Source of the DNA: Octopus sinensis
Lineage: Eukaryota
Length of the DNA stretch: 64,000 nucleotides
Direction: 5' to 3'
Assembly (NCBI RefSeq): GCF_006345805.1
Contig: NC_043016.1
Location: forward strand, 8,680,001 to 8,744,000
The position numbers and the translations under genes are program-made. The notes under the pieces are model-generated. The model was not told where the DNA came from. It searched no databases and saw only the letters and a program-made list of their open reading frames with translations. How positions within the stretch are numbered: the stretch's first letter is position 1; each line of letters starts with the position of its first letter. Positions 52,226-64,000 of this stretch are shown one piece after another.

Positions 52226-54079
52226 ATATACACACACATACATATTTATATGCATGCATACATATATACATACATGCATATATCCATACATGCATACATA
52301 CATATATCCATACATGAATATATCCATACATACATATATATATATATATACATACACACATATATACATATATACATACATACATATATATATACACTCA
52401 CACAGTCACACACACAACAACAACCAATGTAACACATACATGCACACATGAAATGCATTAAAAATGTGCTTGCTCAGCATAACGGCACTAAGTGATCCCT
52501 TCCAAAAGCCCATAAGCCCATCATCAATCTGTGTCCCTTCTACATCTCTACCATACTGCTTTCAGCTTCGAAGGTGAAGTCATTTCTGTAACACACCTCT
52601 TCTAACATCACTTACTAAATATTTGTCTCCAAACCATCTCCAGAACTACATCCCTCAAGAAATCCACCCCGTTTCCTCCTCAACCACTGACCATTAACAA
52701 TCCTAACCCATCATTAACCCTTTAGCATTTAAACCGGCCATATCCGGCCAAAAGTGTTCTGCCTGTTTTATGTTCAAACTAGCCATATCTGGTCTCTCAC
52801 ACCAACCCTACAATATCGTTTTAAAAATTAACAGCTACCTCATCAAAATCTCAAAGCTACAAGACTAATGCATGATTAGTTCAAAACAATGTGGATAAAA
52901 AAGGATTAATTTTGGCAGAATAATGTGAACACTAAAGGGTTAACAACCATCATCATCATCCAGGTTACAAACCTTTTCATATTTCTTGGTTTAAGAAATA
53001 GGAAACAAATTTACAAAGACAATAGACATAGATATGGCCGTTTGGTAAGAAGTTTGCTTCTCAACTGCATGGATCAAGGATCAGTCCCACTGTGTGGTAC
53101 CTTGGGCAAATGTCTTTTGTTATGCCTTAGGCCAATTAAGGACTTTTCAGTGGATTTGGTAGATTGCAACTGAAAGAATTCTATCATTTATCCATGCATG
53201 TGTGTGTGTGTGCACGCGAGCAGACACGTGCATGTTGTGCCTGTATCTCCTCGTCTTGATACTGCGTGATAGTAGTGAATGATTGTCATTGTAATTCCTT
53301 TCCAATTTTCTGCAAGAACCTGTCAAACCATGGGGAAATATTTCCTTACTTGGAAACAGGTGAGGGTCAGTGACAGGAAGGACATACAGCTATAAAAAAA
53401 ATCTGCCTCAAACTCCGTCCAACGCAACCTGTGTAAGTATGGAAAAGTAGACACGAAAATGGTAATGGAATGATGATAACGATGATGGATAAATAAATTT
53501 GCAAAGACAAACCAAAGAATGCTAAACCATTGAGTGTAACTTTTAATTTGGGTCCTCTAAATGTTTCATAGTCATCGAAAGATTCCACTTTACATTGTGA
53601 GTCAAAGAGAAATTCAGCAGGCTAGAATTCACCCCTCTTCAAGCAGTTGGCTAACAGTGGAAATCTCAGGTCAGCCTTCGTTTACTCATTAAATTAATAG
53701 ACTCATGATCTTTGATATAAGTCAGTAGTTCTCAACCAGGGTCCACAAATTGGTTATACATTTACAACACACAAAATATTTTAAGGATTGTTTCTTTGTT
53801 TTTTTTATACAATCCCAGTAATATTCAATTATGAAAGTACAATAGGATACTTTAACATAAGGCTCCAGTAATTCTCTTTATTACTATTATACACTCGAAC
53901 ATAGAAGGGACAACACAGGACACTACAAACATTTAAAAGGGTTATTTAGCGAGTTTTTTTTTTCATAAAAATATATTAAAATGACTTATATATTTTTTTA
54001 AAATTTTGATATTACTTTAAGTTCCAACTTTTTTTTAAAGTTCCAACGGCTACACCTTTTCTTTTTACCCTGGATGAGT

Positions 54080-54600
54080 TAAGTAGGGACATTCACTCCC
54101 AACTTCCTTACCACATCCTTCCATTTTTCCTCATATGCTCTTTTCGACAGGTGCCTTTTCTCCAGCCCTATCTTGCTTTTCAGGTGGTACCTGAAGTAAT
54201 ATAGCATTCCAGAGCCGGAGATGAAGGTCCCTGACGTCAAACCTTGCATTCTGGTTCTCCATGCACACTCTTTCATAACTGCGACTGTACACAGAAAACA
54301 AGCCTCAGTAGAGCAGAACAGGTATCAAAGGGATCCAGCCACTGATCTAGAATAATAGACCTGTGAAAACATATCCACTTTAATCATCCAATGATTTTTT
54401 TTTTTTTTTTGGTAGGAGCTGTTGTCAAGCATAGTTTATCATCACCCAATGTGTCCTTTTCTTTCTTAATAAGGTAATGGTGAAGATTTTGCTGGTGTTT
54501 CTTAGAGGCTGAGCAAACAACACAGAAACTCCTTTGCTGGCTCGAATGCATTTACGAGAGGAGAGTTTCGTCTTGCTGTTGTTAACCCACTTTATTGTCA
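54080..54600 (-). mobile_element. Possible Tx1/L1-type LINE C-terminal relic
   Basis: YFRYHLKSKIGLEKRHLSKRAYEEKW resembles the Tx1-type ORF2 end; stop-ridden, no splice support. Confidence 0.35.
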
Positions 54601-55282
54601 TTCGACAGACACTGAATGTACACCAGTAATTAAGATAAACAAATAAATGAAATGTAATATTGTCAGTAAGACAGAGAGAGAGAAAGAAAAGTAAAAAAAA
54701 AAAATAATAATGGTTAATGGAGACTAAGAACAGTGCATTGTTGTCACTGTGACAGAGTGAAATTGAGAAGCACCAGTGAAATGGATATGTACTAGAAAAC
54801 ACTGTAAGTGAGTGAGAGGCTTAAGGCTGGGCTCTACCAGACAGGATATTGGAACTTGTTGGTAGGTTAAAACGTAAAATAGAAATAAACATTAACATCA
54901 ATAATAAAAATGATTATATATCATCGTTGTCATCATTTTAACATCTATTTTTCCATGGGTTGGATGGAATTTTGCTAAGATAGATTTTTCTACAGTTGGA
55001 AGCCCTTCCTGTCAACAACACTTACCTGTTTCCTAGTAAGGTTATATTTCCTCCATAGCCAGACATATTTCCACTGAAGATTAGAACTGAAGCACACCAC
55101 TTGCATAAATATGACACTTATGCACACATACATACACTACATATGACAGGTTTCTTGCAGTTTCTATCAATCAATCCACTCACAAGTCTTTCATCAGCAC
55201 AGAGCTATTGTAAAGGACACTTGGCCAACGTGCCACACAGAAGGACTGAACCTGGAACCATACAGTTGGGAAGCAAGCTGCT

Positions 55283-55512
55283 TATTTCTTTATTGCCCAC
55301 AAGGGGCTCAACACAGAGGGGACAAACAAAGACAGACAAAGGGATTAAGTCGATTACATCGACCCCAGTGCATAACTGGTACTTAATTTACCGACCACGA
55401 AAGGATGAAAGGCAAAGTCAACCTCGGCAGAATTTGAACTCAGAATGTAACCGCAGACGAAATACTGCTAAGTATTTTGCCCGGCATGCCAACATTTCTG
55501 CCAGCTCGCCAC
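55283..55512 (-). mobile_element. SINE family A nested in a family B fragment
   Basis: Reverse copy directly after family B sequence 55140-55280. Confidence 0.85.
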
Positions 55513-56589
55513 CCTTCTTACCACACGGATACTGAGAGGAGAATCGTCGTTTAACATCCACTTTCCATGCTGGCATGGGTTGGATGGTTTGACTGAGGAC
55601 TGGTGAGCCAGAAGGCTGCACGAGGCTCAATCTGATCTAGCAAAGTTTCTACAGCTGGATGCCCTTCCAAATGCCAACCACTCCGAGAGTGTAGTGGGTG
55701 CTTTTATGTGCCACCGGCATGAGGGCCAGTCAGGCGATTCTGGCAACGGCCATGCTCAAAAGGTGTTTTTTATGTACTACCTGCATGAGAGCCAGTCCAG
55801 CAGCACTAGCAACGACCACGCACATGTTGAATAAAATCAGAATTAACTGATCCTCTGTATTTTCTTTTACCCAAAACCAAGAACTTTTCAGCAGACCCTC
55901 ATATTTCTATATCATTCAATATGTCCTTTTTAGGACGGCAGAGAGAGTAGTTTGAGAGATATATGACTGCTGTTTTTAGCTAGTTGAATGATCATGTTTC
56001 TCAGCAGAGCTATGGAACAGGTCACAGGTAATGAATAGTGACATGTCCACCAAATACTGCAATTTGTTGCAATGTAAGTGTTATACCTAGCCAGATGAAT
56101 AAAACCACCAAGGGCCAAATGTGTACCAGAGAAGATGACACATTGTTGACTCTTGGAAACACACACAACCAACAATGTAAAGATGACGAAATGGAGACTA
56201 CATCTAAATAAGGCCAAGTCTTCATGAATAAGACAAAAAAAAAATCAAGCAGGTGAGTGGCATAACTAACATCAACAAAATTGCATTATGGCTAGAGTAT
56301 GTTAGAGGTATGACATAATACATACGGGGACATGATGGCCCAAATGGAGCCAGGAGGAAGGCAACAATGGAAATATCTGGAAAAGGCCCGTTGCTAATTG
56401 TGCTACCTGCACTGACAGATCTAAGAGATAAGCACATACAGGTAACCATAATGTGTTTTCTTCACTCAGAATAACAAGGCATGCATTCAGGTCTTAGGTA
56501 ATTCAGAGAGTCCATTCAGAAGACTGCAGTCTCCACCCAACAATGCCAGGAGAGCCAGCAATAGGCTGGCAGCACATCTGAAGAGTCAC

Positions 56590-57900
56590 ATGGTGATTGC
56601 ACAAAGTTTGCATGTCCTGGGACCTCCAAAAAAAGGGGTTCAAAAGAGAGTGTCTGCTAGCAATTGGTAACCATAACATCACAACTATTATGGGTAAGGA
56701 GCAAGAACAAGTAGAAGCAGCCAAATTTAACCAGCTAATTATAATCAAGAATTTCTTCTACAAAGCTCCATACCATAGATTTGGATGGAAGGTGACAACT
56801 CCACTCTTCAGGTGTGATGCTGATTGAGGTTAAGTGGTAATTTGCATTCCAATCAGCAAATGAAGTATTCTAGCAGACCATCCACTAGATTTATAAAAAA
56901 CAAAAAATTGGCCTCCCTCCACACATGCCATCAGCAACTCATCCACTATTCTTCTTACTACAGAGAAGAACATCCTTGAAAGATAGAGAGGAAACTTTGC
57001 TGGTTTTCTAAATTTAATCATGATAACGCCCTCGGGTGTACATGGGAGTGAAGATCAGCTTCACAAAGACCAAAGATACAAGGGCAAAGTAAAACTCTCA
57101 AATGTGGTAAAAATTGCTAGCACTGGTGCAATAACATGCTAGCTGTAGCACTTGATTGTGGAAGAAGGGATCATCATCATCATCATCATCGTTTAACGTC
57201 CGTTTTCCATGCTAGCATGGGTTGGACAGTTCGACCGGGATCTGGGAAGCCAGGAGGCTGCACCTGGCTCCAATCTGATCTGGCAGTGTTTCTACAGCTG
57301 GATGCCCTTCCTAATGCCAACCACTCCGTGAATGTAGTGGGTGGTTTTTACGTGCCAGGGGAGGCTGGCAGCGGCCACGATCAGTCGGTGCTTTTTACAT
57401 GCCACTGGCACAGAAGCCAGTCAAGGTGGCACTAGCATCGGCCACGATATAGGTGAAAAAGCTAAACTTGCTATTTTCAGTGCAGTTAACATAACTACCC
57501 TTATCTATAGTTATCAATTGGGCATAGTAACCAAAATTGTGTGAACAGCTGAAAAGGGGTTCCTCTGAAGGGTCACTGGAATAACATTACTTGATAGTTC
57601 GGAGATCAGGAAATCACTCCAGGTTGAGCCACTGTGTCTATAGAATGAGAGGTCACAGCTCCAGTACTACAAACATGTGGTTAGACCATCTGAGGAAAGA
57701 ATCACAGGACGTATATTTTTATGAACAAGGGTAACTAGTAGGAGACCTAAGGATAGACCACAAGCAAGATGGCTGGATAAAATAATATTTATTGCCAATC
57801 AACTTGTCATTTGGAGATCCAGCCTGAATACATTTGCTGAAAGATGCTTCTAACAGAACCCACTGGAGGACATCCCTCACAACCCCTGCAGGAATATGAA
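56590..57900 (+). mobile_element. Degenerate RTE-type LINE fragments (endonuclease start and ORF2 end)
   Basis: LAIGNHNITTIMGKEQEQVEAAK (APE endonuclease start-like) and LQYYKHVVRPSEERITGRIF...RRPKDRPQARWLDKI. Confidence 0.6.
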
Positions 57901-58021
57901 GATGATTAATGGATGCCTGGAGCTATTATGTAGGAGTGACCATGGTCTCAAGGTTGAGAATTTTATTTAATGTGAAGTAGAAGGGGAAGATAATGTAGGT
58001 TACTGTTGTTACATGGTAACC

Positions 58022-58243
58022 CCTGGCAGAAATGTTAGCACGTCGGTTAAAATGCTCAGCGGTATTTCGTCTGCCGTTACGTTCTGAGTTCAAACGACGC
58101 CGAGGTCGACTTTGCCTTTCATCCTTTCGGGGTCGATTAAATAAGTACCAGTTACGCACTAGGGTCGATATAATCGACTTAATCCGTTTGTCTGTCCTTG
58201 TTTGTCCTCTCTGTGCGTAGCCCCTTGTGGGTAGTAAAGAAAT
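58022..58243 (+). mobile_element. SINE family A
   Basis: Near full-length copy. Confidence 0.9.
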
Positions 58244-58822
58244 AGATTAGCTCTGACTAAGCAGGGCTACAGTACAGAGCTGCCAGCCAAGCAATTAAGC
58301 TCTACAACCACTTCACCTAGAAAGGGGACAAAGACCATAACTGTGTAGCCTGATCGTCGATGATCAGCTATATGGAGGGTGCTGAATGGCACAGTTTGAA
58401 TATAGTGCATGCTCTCCACTGTCCTTCCAGTTTCTAAACAGCTATGCAGTTTGAGTGTGATTGTTACTACCTGAAGGAGAATCTACAGAGATGCTTGCCC
58501 ACCAATAATCAACAGCAAGAATCTTCAAATTTTAGTCTCAAGTATAAGCCAGGTTGTGAGTAGACAAAAGAGTTATTGGCAGATCTTAATGAGATTTAAT
58601 ACAAACCATTTGCAATCAGGGGAAAGCATGCCATAATAAAATTAAAAAAGAAAGGTACGAAGCTGCTCACCAACGCTTCAAACTTCTAATCTTAGATGTA
58701 TTTTCTCATCTACAGCAATTACAAAATCCTCTACTATTGGAGCTTGCTACTCTTGTGTCACTTCTACTCCAGTTCTACATTCTCAGAGCGTCAACCCTCT
58801 GGACATTTCTCCCTGTATCTAC

Positions 58823-58863
58823 CTCATTAGTCTCAGAGGGCCGGCAAAAGTCACGGCCACAGC
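58823..58863 (-). CDS. Candidate exon 2, (G)CGRDFCRPSETNE
   Basis: First AG after a long pyrimidine tract (...ttcttctttactttgtcattggttttggtcttgag|); phase 1 matches exon 1 giving EYDCPGCGRDFCRP; donor GAG|GTAGAT only moderate. Confidence 0.35.
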
Positions 58864-60175
58864 CTCAAGACCAAAACCAATGACAAAGTAAAGAAGAAAG
58901 GAAGAGAAATGAAGCATTCATCAGTTGTATCAGTTCTGGATTTAGGCGTTATTAATCAAAAGAATAAATTTTTTTTTTTTAAAGGTGTTTTCACTGTATG
59001 TCACGAAAAATGTATCAGAGAACGGACATTAATGAGTTCAATTAGGTATGCAGTTTGTTCTATTCAAAAATAAAAACTTGTCATACATAATAACCAATTA
59101 TCTTCCAAGGTCCTTGTCTATAACATAAATTGAGATTATTCAAGGAAAAGAAAGTACGTTAGGAACACACACACACACTTCTTAAGGTGTATTTTGTCAA
59201 GAAAAGAGTCGACATAACGTAGGCATATATATATATATATATAATTTTGATTGATTACTGGTTGTTGCTGTGAAGGTATCTTTATATTCTAACAATTTAT
59301 GCTAATATCTTCTATGTGTGAAGTACATCTGAACTCCGGTGCGAAAAAATTTTTAAAAATCACTAGAACCAACTCTGCAGATACAATAGTGTTATTCAAT
59401 CATTCTTTCATTCTTCTGATAAACTTCATACATTAATAAGTGGTAAGAAGATAGTGCCGGTACTAGATATATAAGGAAGGAATTTTCCATTTTGTGCAAA
59501 GTAAGTGAAATACGGAATATCGAAAAAAAAAAGAAAAAAAAGCGTGGGCACATTTTAACATGAAGCTAGCTCAAATATAAATTATTAGAAGGTGGGGAAA
59601 TCAATATAAAAGAGGACTTTCACCGTCACATTATGAATGTTTACGCACATGAAATGCGGAGAAAACATATATGCTGAACATATGAACGACCATGTGTTAG
59701 ACCGAAGAAGCGTCAATTTTTACCCACTCCATCTATTTGAAGAAGGGGAAAGAAAAATATGCTTTTCAATTAGCACAAAAGAAAGCTTTCTATTGGTACA
59801 AGTCGATCGATAATCAATAACAATTCAATCACTCACACATACACACACAGACCACACAGGCACGACTACTGAGTGTATAGCGCGGCAATGTGCGGGAATA
59901 ATAGTACGCACATTGAGAATATTTATCCGAAAGGGGTTTCACCAAGACAGCAATGAAGTTAGTTGGTCGTGGAGGGCGGGAAAGGTGGGGGGGGGGGAGA
60001 ATGTTATTATGGCGAATATTGCGAACATGAGGAACCATGGGTTTTCCGCAGAACTGTGCTATCCACCCCGTCCTTTCTGACTTCATTAAAATTTCACAAG
60101 TTAATTCACATAGACACGCGCATACCTGTGACACACACACACACATACACACAAATCGTTGGTATTATTTTCCCA

Positions 60176-60408
60176 TTCTATCTATCTATCTATCTCTCTA
60201 CATATCTATCTATCTACATATCTATCTATCTATCTATCTACATATCTATCTATCTATCTATCTATCTACATATCTATCTATCTATCTATCTACATATCTA
60301 TCTATCTATCTATCTATCTATCTACATATCTATCTATCTATCTATCTACATATCTATCTATCTATCTATCTATCTATCTACATATCTATCTATCTATCTA
60401 TCTATCTA
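60176..60408. repeat. (TCTA)n array with interspersed TACA variants
   Basis: Direct reading. Confidence 0.95.
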
Positions 60409-60638
60409 GGCAACGAGCTGGCAGAAACGTTAGCACGCCGGGCGAAATGCTTAACGGTATTTCGTCTGCGTTACGTTGTGAGTTCAAATTCCGCCGAGAT
60501 CGACTTTGCCTTTCATCCTTTCGGGATCGATAAATTAAGTACCAGTTACGCACTGGGGTCGATGTAATCGACTTAATACCTATGTTTGTCCTTGTTTGTC
60601 CCCTCTGTGTTTAGCCCCTTGTGGGTAATAAAGAAATA
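60409..60638 (+). mobile_element. SINE family A, CpG-retaining copy
   Basis: Full-length; 18-bp duplication ggtattattttcccattc at 60161-60178 and 60639-60656 encloses the SINE plus a (TCTA)n array. Confidence 0.9.
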
Positions 60639-60960
60639 GGTATTATTTTCCCATTCACGATCGAGATAAGTTATTAAAGAGGAAATGCGGTGTAGGAGTT
60701 GCGACAGAAAATGCACATAAAATTAACCCGATGAAAGTGTATATGTCTTCAAACGATATTTTAGTTTAACGTGTATATTATCTCTTATGATAATATATAT
60801 ATATTTATATACCTACATGTATATGGTTATGTGTATATTTATCAAAACCTCTTTCTCTCTCTCTCTCTATGCTTATATTTGCACTCATGTATGTGCGAGA
60901 GTGTGCGCGTGTTTATTATATGAATGAATATCTTTGAAGGTGTCTTGCATGTGTGTGTGT

Positions 60961-60997
<37 letters not shown>

Positions 60998-61903
60998 TCA
61001 TGCGTGTAGGAGGATATAAAGTGCATAAATGATAAGCAGTTAGTTGTGCGTGTTTATTATATATATATATATATATATATTAATGACAGCGATGAACCAT
61101 AACTAGAAATAGAGACAAACTGCAGCACACACGGAAATACCTTGCCAAGAAACAGTTCATATTTATTTTCCTTCATCTTATAGATTTCAGCCAATACTGA
61201 ATTTCGCGTCTGACAGAACATTTCGATAATTACAGAGAAGATAACCTCAAAGACTAACCAACACACACACACATTGAGGGTGTGTAAAACGCATGTGTGT
61301 TTAAAACAGTGCAATTATGCACAAAAACAAAACAAAAAAACCTAGACATTTGTAAGCGAAAGCAATTATTCATATACTTGTTTTGAAGAGCAACTCATAA
61401 TAAAATATCCTGTGCGTTAGTTCATTATACATCCATTGCGTGTACACACATACACGTTATATTATACTGAAAGAAGATATTGCAGTTAACATGTATTAAA
61501 CACACACGTAAGCAGAATTCATGTATGTAAATTATGTATACATGTATGTATAAGACATCAACCATTTAGACGTATTAAGGTATACACACATGTATATTAT
61601 TTACACGTGCTTTTTCCAAAATGCATAATGTTTTCTTTATTAAGTTTAAATTGACAATCTCAACGAATAGACAATTTAGAATCGAATAAAAGAGACAAAT
61701 TTCCGTTGATTGAATTGGGTTTTCTTTTGTTTTTGTTTTTGCGTACACCATTCAGTACACCATCCCTTACCTGATGTATATTAAAAGGGTGTGTATGTTT
61801 GAAGAGGGATAGAGTTTGATACATGGATAGGTTTGATACATGGTGGATGTATAGACAGATAGATGTCTAGCCGGATAGATGGGAAATGATAGTGAATAAA
61901 GGG

Positions 61904-61934
<31 letters not shown>

Positions 61935-62029
61935 TATATATGGAAGGAAGGATGAACAGAGGGATAAAAAGATAGAAGGATAGACAAAAAATGGATAGAC
62001 AAATAGATAAAACGAAAAGACAAACAGAT

Positions 62030-62037
62030 AGATAGAT

Positions 62038-62090
<53 letters not shown>

Positions 62091-62155
62091 CAGACGGACA
62101 GATAGATAGATGGATAGACAGACAGATAGATGGACAGACAGACAGACAGACAGAC

Positions 62156-62226
<71 letters not shown>

Positions 62227-62262
62227 CAGACAGATAGATAGATAGATAGACAGACAGATAGA

Positions 62263-62294
<32 letters not shown>

Positions 62295-62551
62295 TAGATA
62301 GATAGGCAGATAGATAGATAGATAGATGAACAGACAGATAGATAGATAGATGTATGGATAGATAGATAGATAGATAGATGGATAGATAGATAGATAGATA
62401 GACAGATACATAGATAGATAGATAGACAGACAGATAGATAGATAGATGGACAGACAGATAGATAGATAGATAGATGGATAGATAGATAGATAGATAGACA
62501 GATACATAGATAGATAGATAGACAGACAGATAGATAGATAGATGGACAGAC

Positions 62552-62609
<58 letters not shown>

Positions 62610-62669
62610 ATAGACAGATAGACAGACAGACAGACAGATAGATAGATGATAGATAGAGGATAGATAGAC

Positions 62670-62743
<74 letters not shown>

Positions 62744-62745
62744 AC
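62030..62745. repeat. (GATA)n/(GACA)n microsatellite, ~700 bp
   Basis: Direct reading; variant pattern repeats at 62401 and 62497 (96-bp period). Confidence 0.95.
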
Positions 62746-62877
62746 AAAAAAGACGGATAGATGGACATAGAGATAGATAGACGATACACAATCAGAGAGA
62801 AATAGATAAGATAAAATTGAAAACAGATAAATAAAGAGCACATTTCTATATTTCCTCTTTTCCTTCTCATTTCTTAC

Positions 62878-63118
62878 CTGGACAGTCGTATTCTTTAAAG
62901 TCCTCTAGTTTCTTCTTAGAAGACGCCGTGGACTGGTGTTTAGAGCCGGTAGGGTTCGATGGTACTCCGTTTACAAATATTCCATTAGGTGAAGGGTTTT
63001 GGTTTTGGGACCTTTTGCTGACACTATCGTTATTATCACCACTATTTACGTACCTATTATCATTATTATTATTATTGTTATGATTATGATTGTTATTGTG
63101 ATGTTTATTATTATTATT

Positions 63119-63153
<35 letters not shown>

Positions 63154-63328
63154 TACTACTACTACTACTACTGTGACTGTTCGTGTTTGTCTCGGACAAT
63201 GTCGAAGAATGCAAGTTGGAGTATTTCTCTGCTTGTATGAAGAAATTTATTAGGTTTGTGGTCGAAAGTGACAAAACAATGAGCAGCACCCAAATCCTAG
63301 TGTGTGTTCCCATTTCAGCTGTAGACAT
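62878..63328 (-). CDS. First coding exon of an unidentified secreted or membrane protein (signal peptide + Ser/Asn/His low-complexity linker)
   Basis: ATG at 63328 (MSTAE) or 63313 (MGTHTRIWVLLIVLSLSTTNLINFFIQA, hydrophobic signal-like), open frame to ...KKKLEDFKEYDCP, then canonical donor CAG|GTAAGA (intron starts 62877, phase 1). Confidence 0.8.
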
Positions 63329-63419
63329 CGCACTATGGGAAACGATAGAGGCGGCGATGGTTGCCGAATAGAAAAGGAGAGGAGGAGAAAGAGGAAATGG
63401 AAAAAGGAGGAGGGTTACC

Positions 63420-63495
63420 GCAGTAAATTGTAGCAGTAGTAGTAGCAACAACAGTAATAGCAATAGTAGTGGTAGTGGTGGTGGTGGTGGTGGTA

Positions 63496-63552
<57 letters not shown>

Positions 63553-63960
63553 AACGGGAGGGTATGTAGTGGTGGTAGGAATAGCGGTAATGTTGTTGGT
63601 AGTGGTGGTGGTGGTGTATTGATGGTGGTGGTGGTGGTGGTGGTGGAGGCGACAAAATCGGTAGTAGTAGTAGTAGTAGTAGTAATGGTGGTGAAGGGGG
63701 AAGAGTGGGAGTATGTCGTGATGATGGTAGTTGCGATCGTAGTAGTAGTAGTAGTAGTAGTTGTGAATGAGGGGGGAGTATGGCAGTGGTAGTGGTAGTG
63801 GTGGTGGTGGTGGTGGTGGTTGCGTTGGTGAAGAAGGTGATGGTAGTAGTGGTAGGGTGGGGGAAGCGGAAGTGTACAGTGGTAGTAATAGTTGTATTGG
63901 AAGTAATTACGGTAAAAGTAGTAGTAGTAGTAATAGTAGTAATAGTAGTGTATTGGCGAT
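63420..63960. repeat. Compound (AGT)n/(GGT)n/(GA)n tract upstream of the first coding exon (5' UTR or promoter side)
   Basis: Direct reading; position relative to the minus-strand ATG. Confidence 0.9.
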
Positions 63961-64000
63961 TAAGTGTTGATGTTAGTTGTGGGTGGTCATCACAATATAG

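Noticed and set aside
61767-62870. Long ORFs of 324-367 aa (YLSI repeats)
   Set aside because: Stop-free translations of the (GATA)n array; the same applies to 59963-60567, 48017-48567, 52125-52458 and 15303-15720.

Overview
AT-rich eukaryotic genomic DNA, very probably an octopus or other coleoid cephalopod (inferred from the repeat families and microsatellite density; no database search was possible). There are no bacterial-type operons, rRNA or CRISPR, and almost all ORFs in the supplied track are translations of repeats. Most of the window looks like intron sequence of a minus-strand gene. A convincing first coding exon (63328/63313-62878) encodes a signal-peptide-like segment plus Ser/Asn/His runs and ends at a CAG|GTAAGA donor. 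A phase-consistent exon chain (10834-10801, 4916-4856, 3787-3714, 2472-2399) encodes two hydrophobic helices. Whether both parts belong to one gene is inference, and I could not name the protein. The rest is a mosaic of tRNA-type SINEs (about 18 clear copies of one ~230 bp family, many with target-site duplications), 3' ends of RTE- and CR1-type LINEs, degenerate RTE reverse transcriptases, a mariner transposase relic, TTAA (piggyBac-like) and hAT-like MITEs, and microsatellites. The most unusual signal is a set of small (TA)n-flanked, partly fold-back elements of 3-4 different families carrying minimal type I hammerhead ribozyme folds with palindromic stem III, a hallmark of Penelope-like retroelements; every copy here has at least one core mutation. 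Other leads: a CR1 3' end fused to a tRNA-Glu pseudogene, a chimeric MITE triplication, a microsatellite lying inside a SINE target-site duplication, and an 84-nt candidate exon interrupted only by one TGA.
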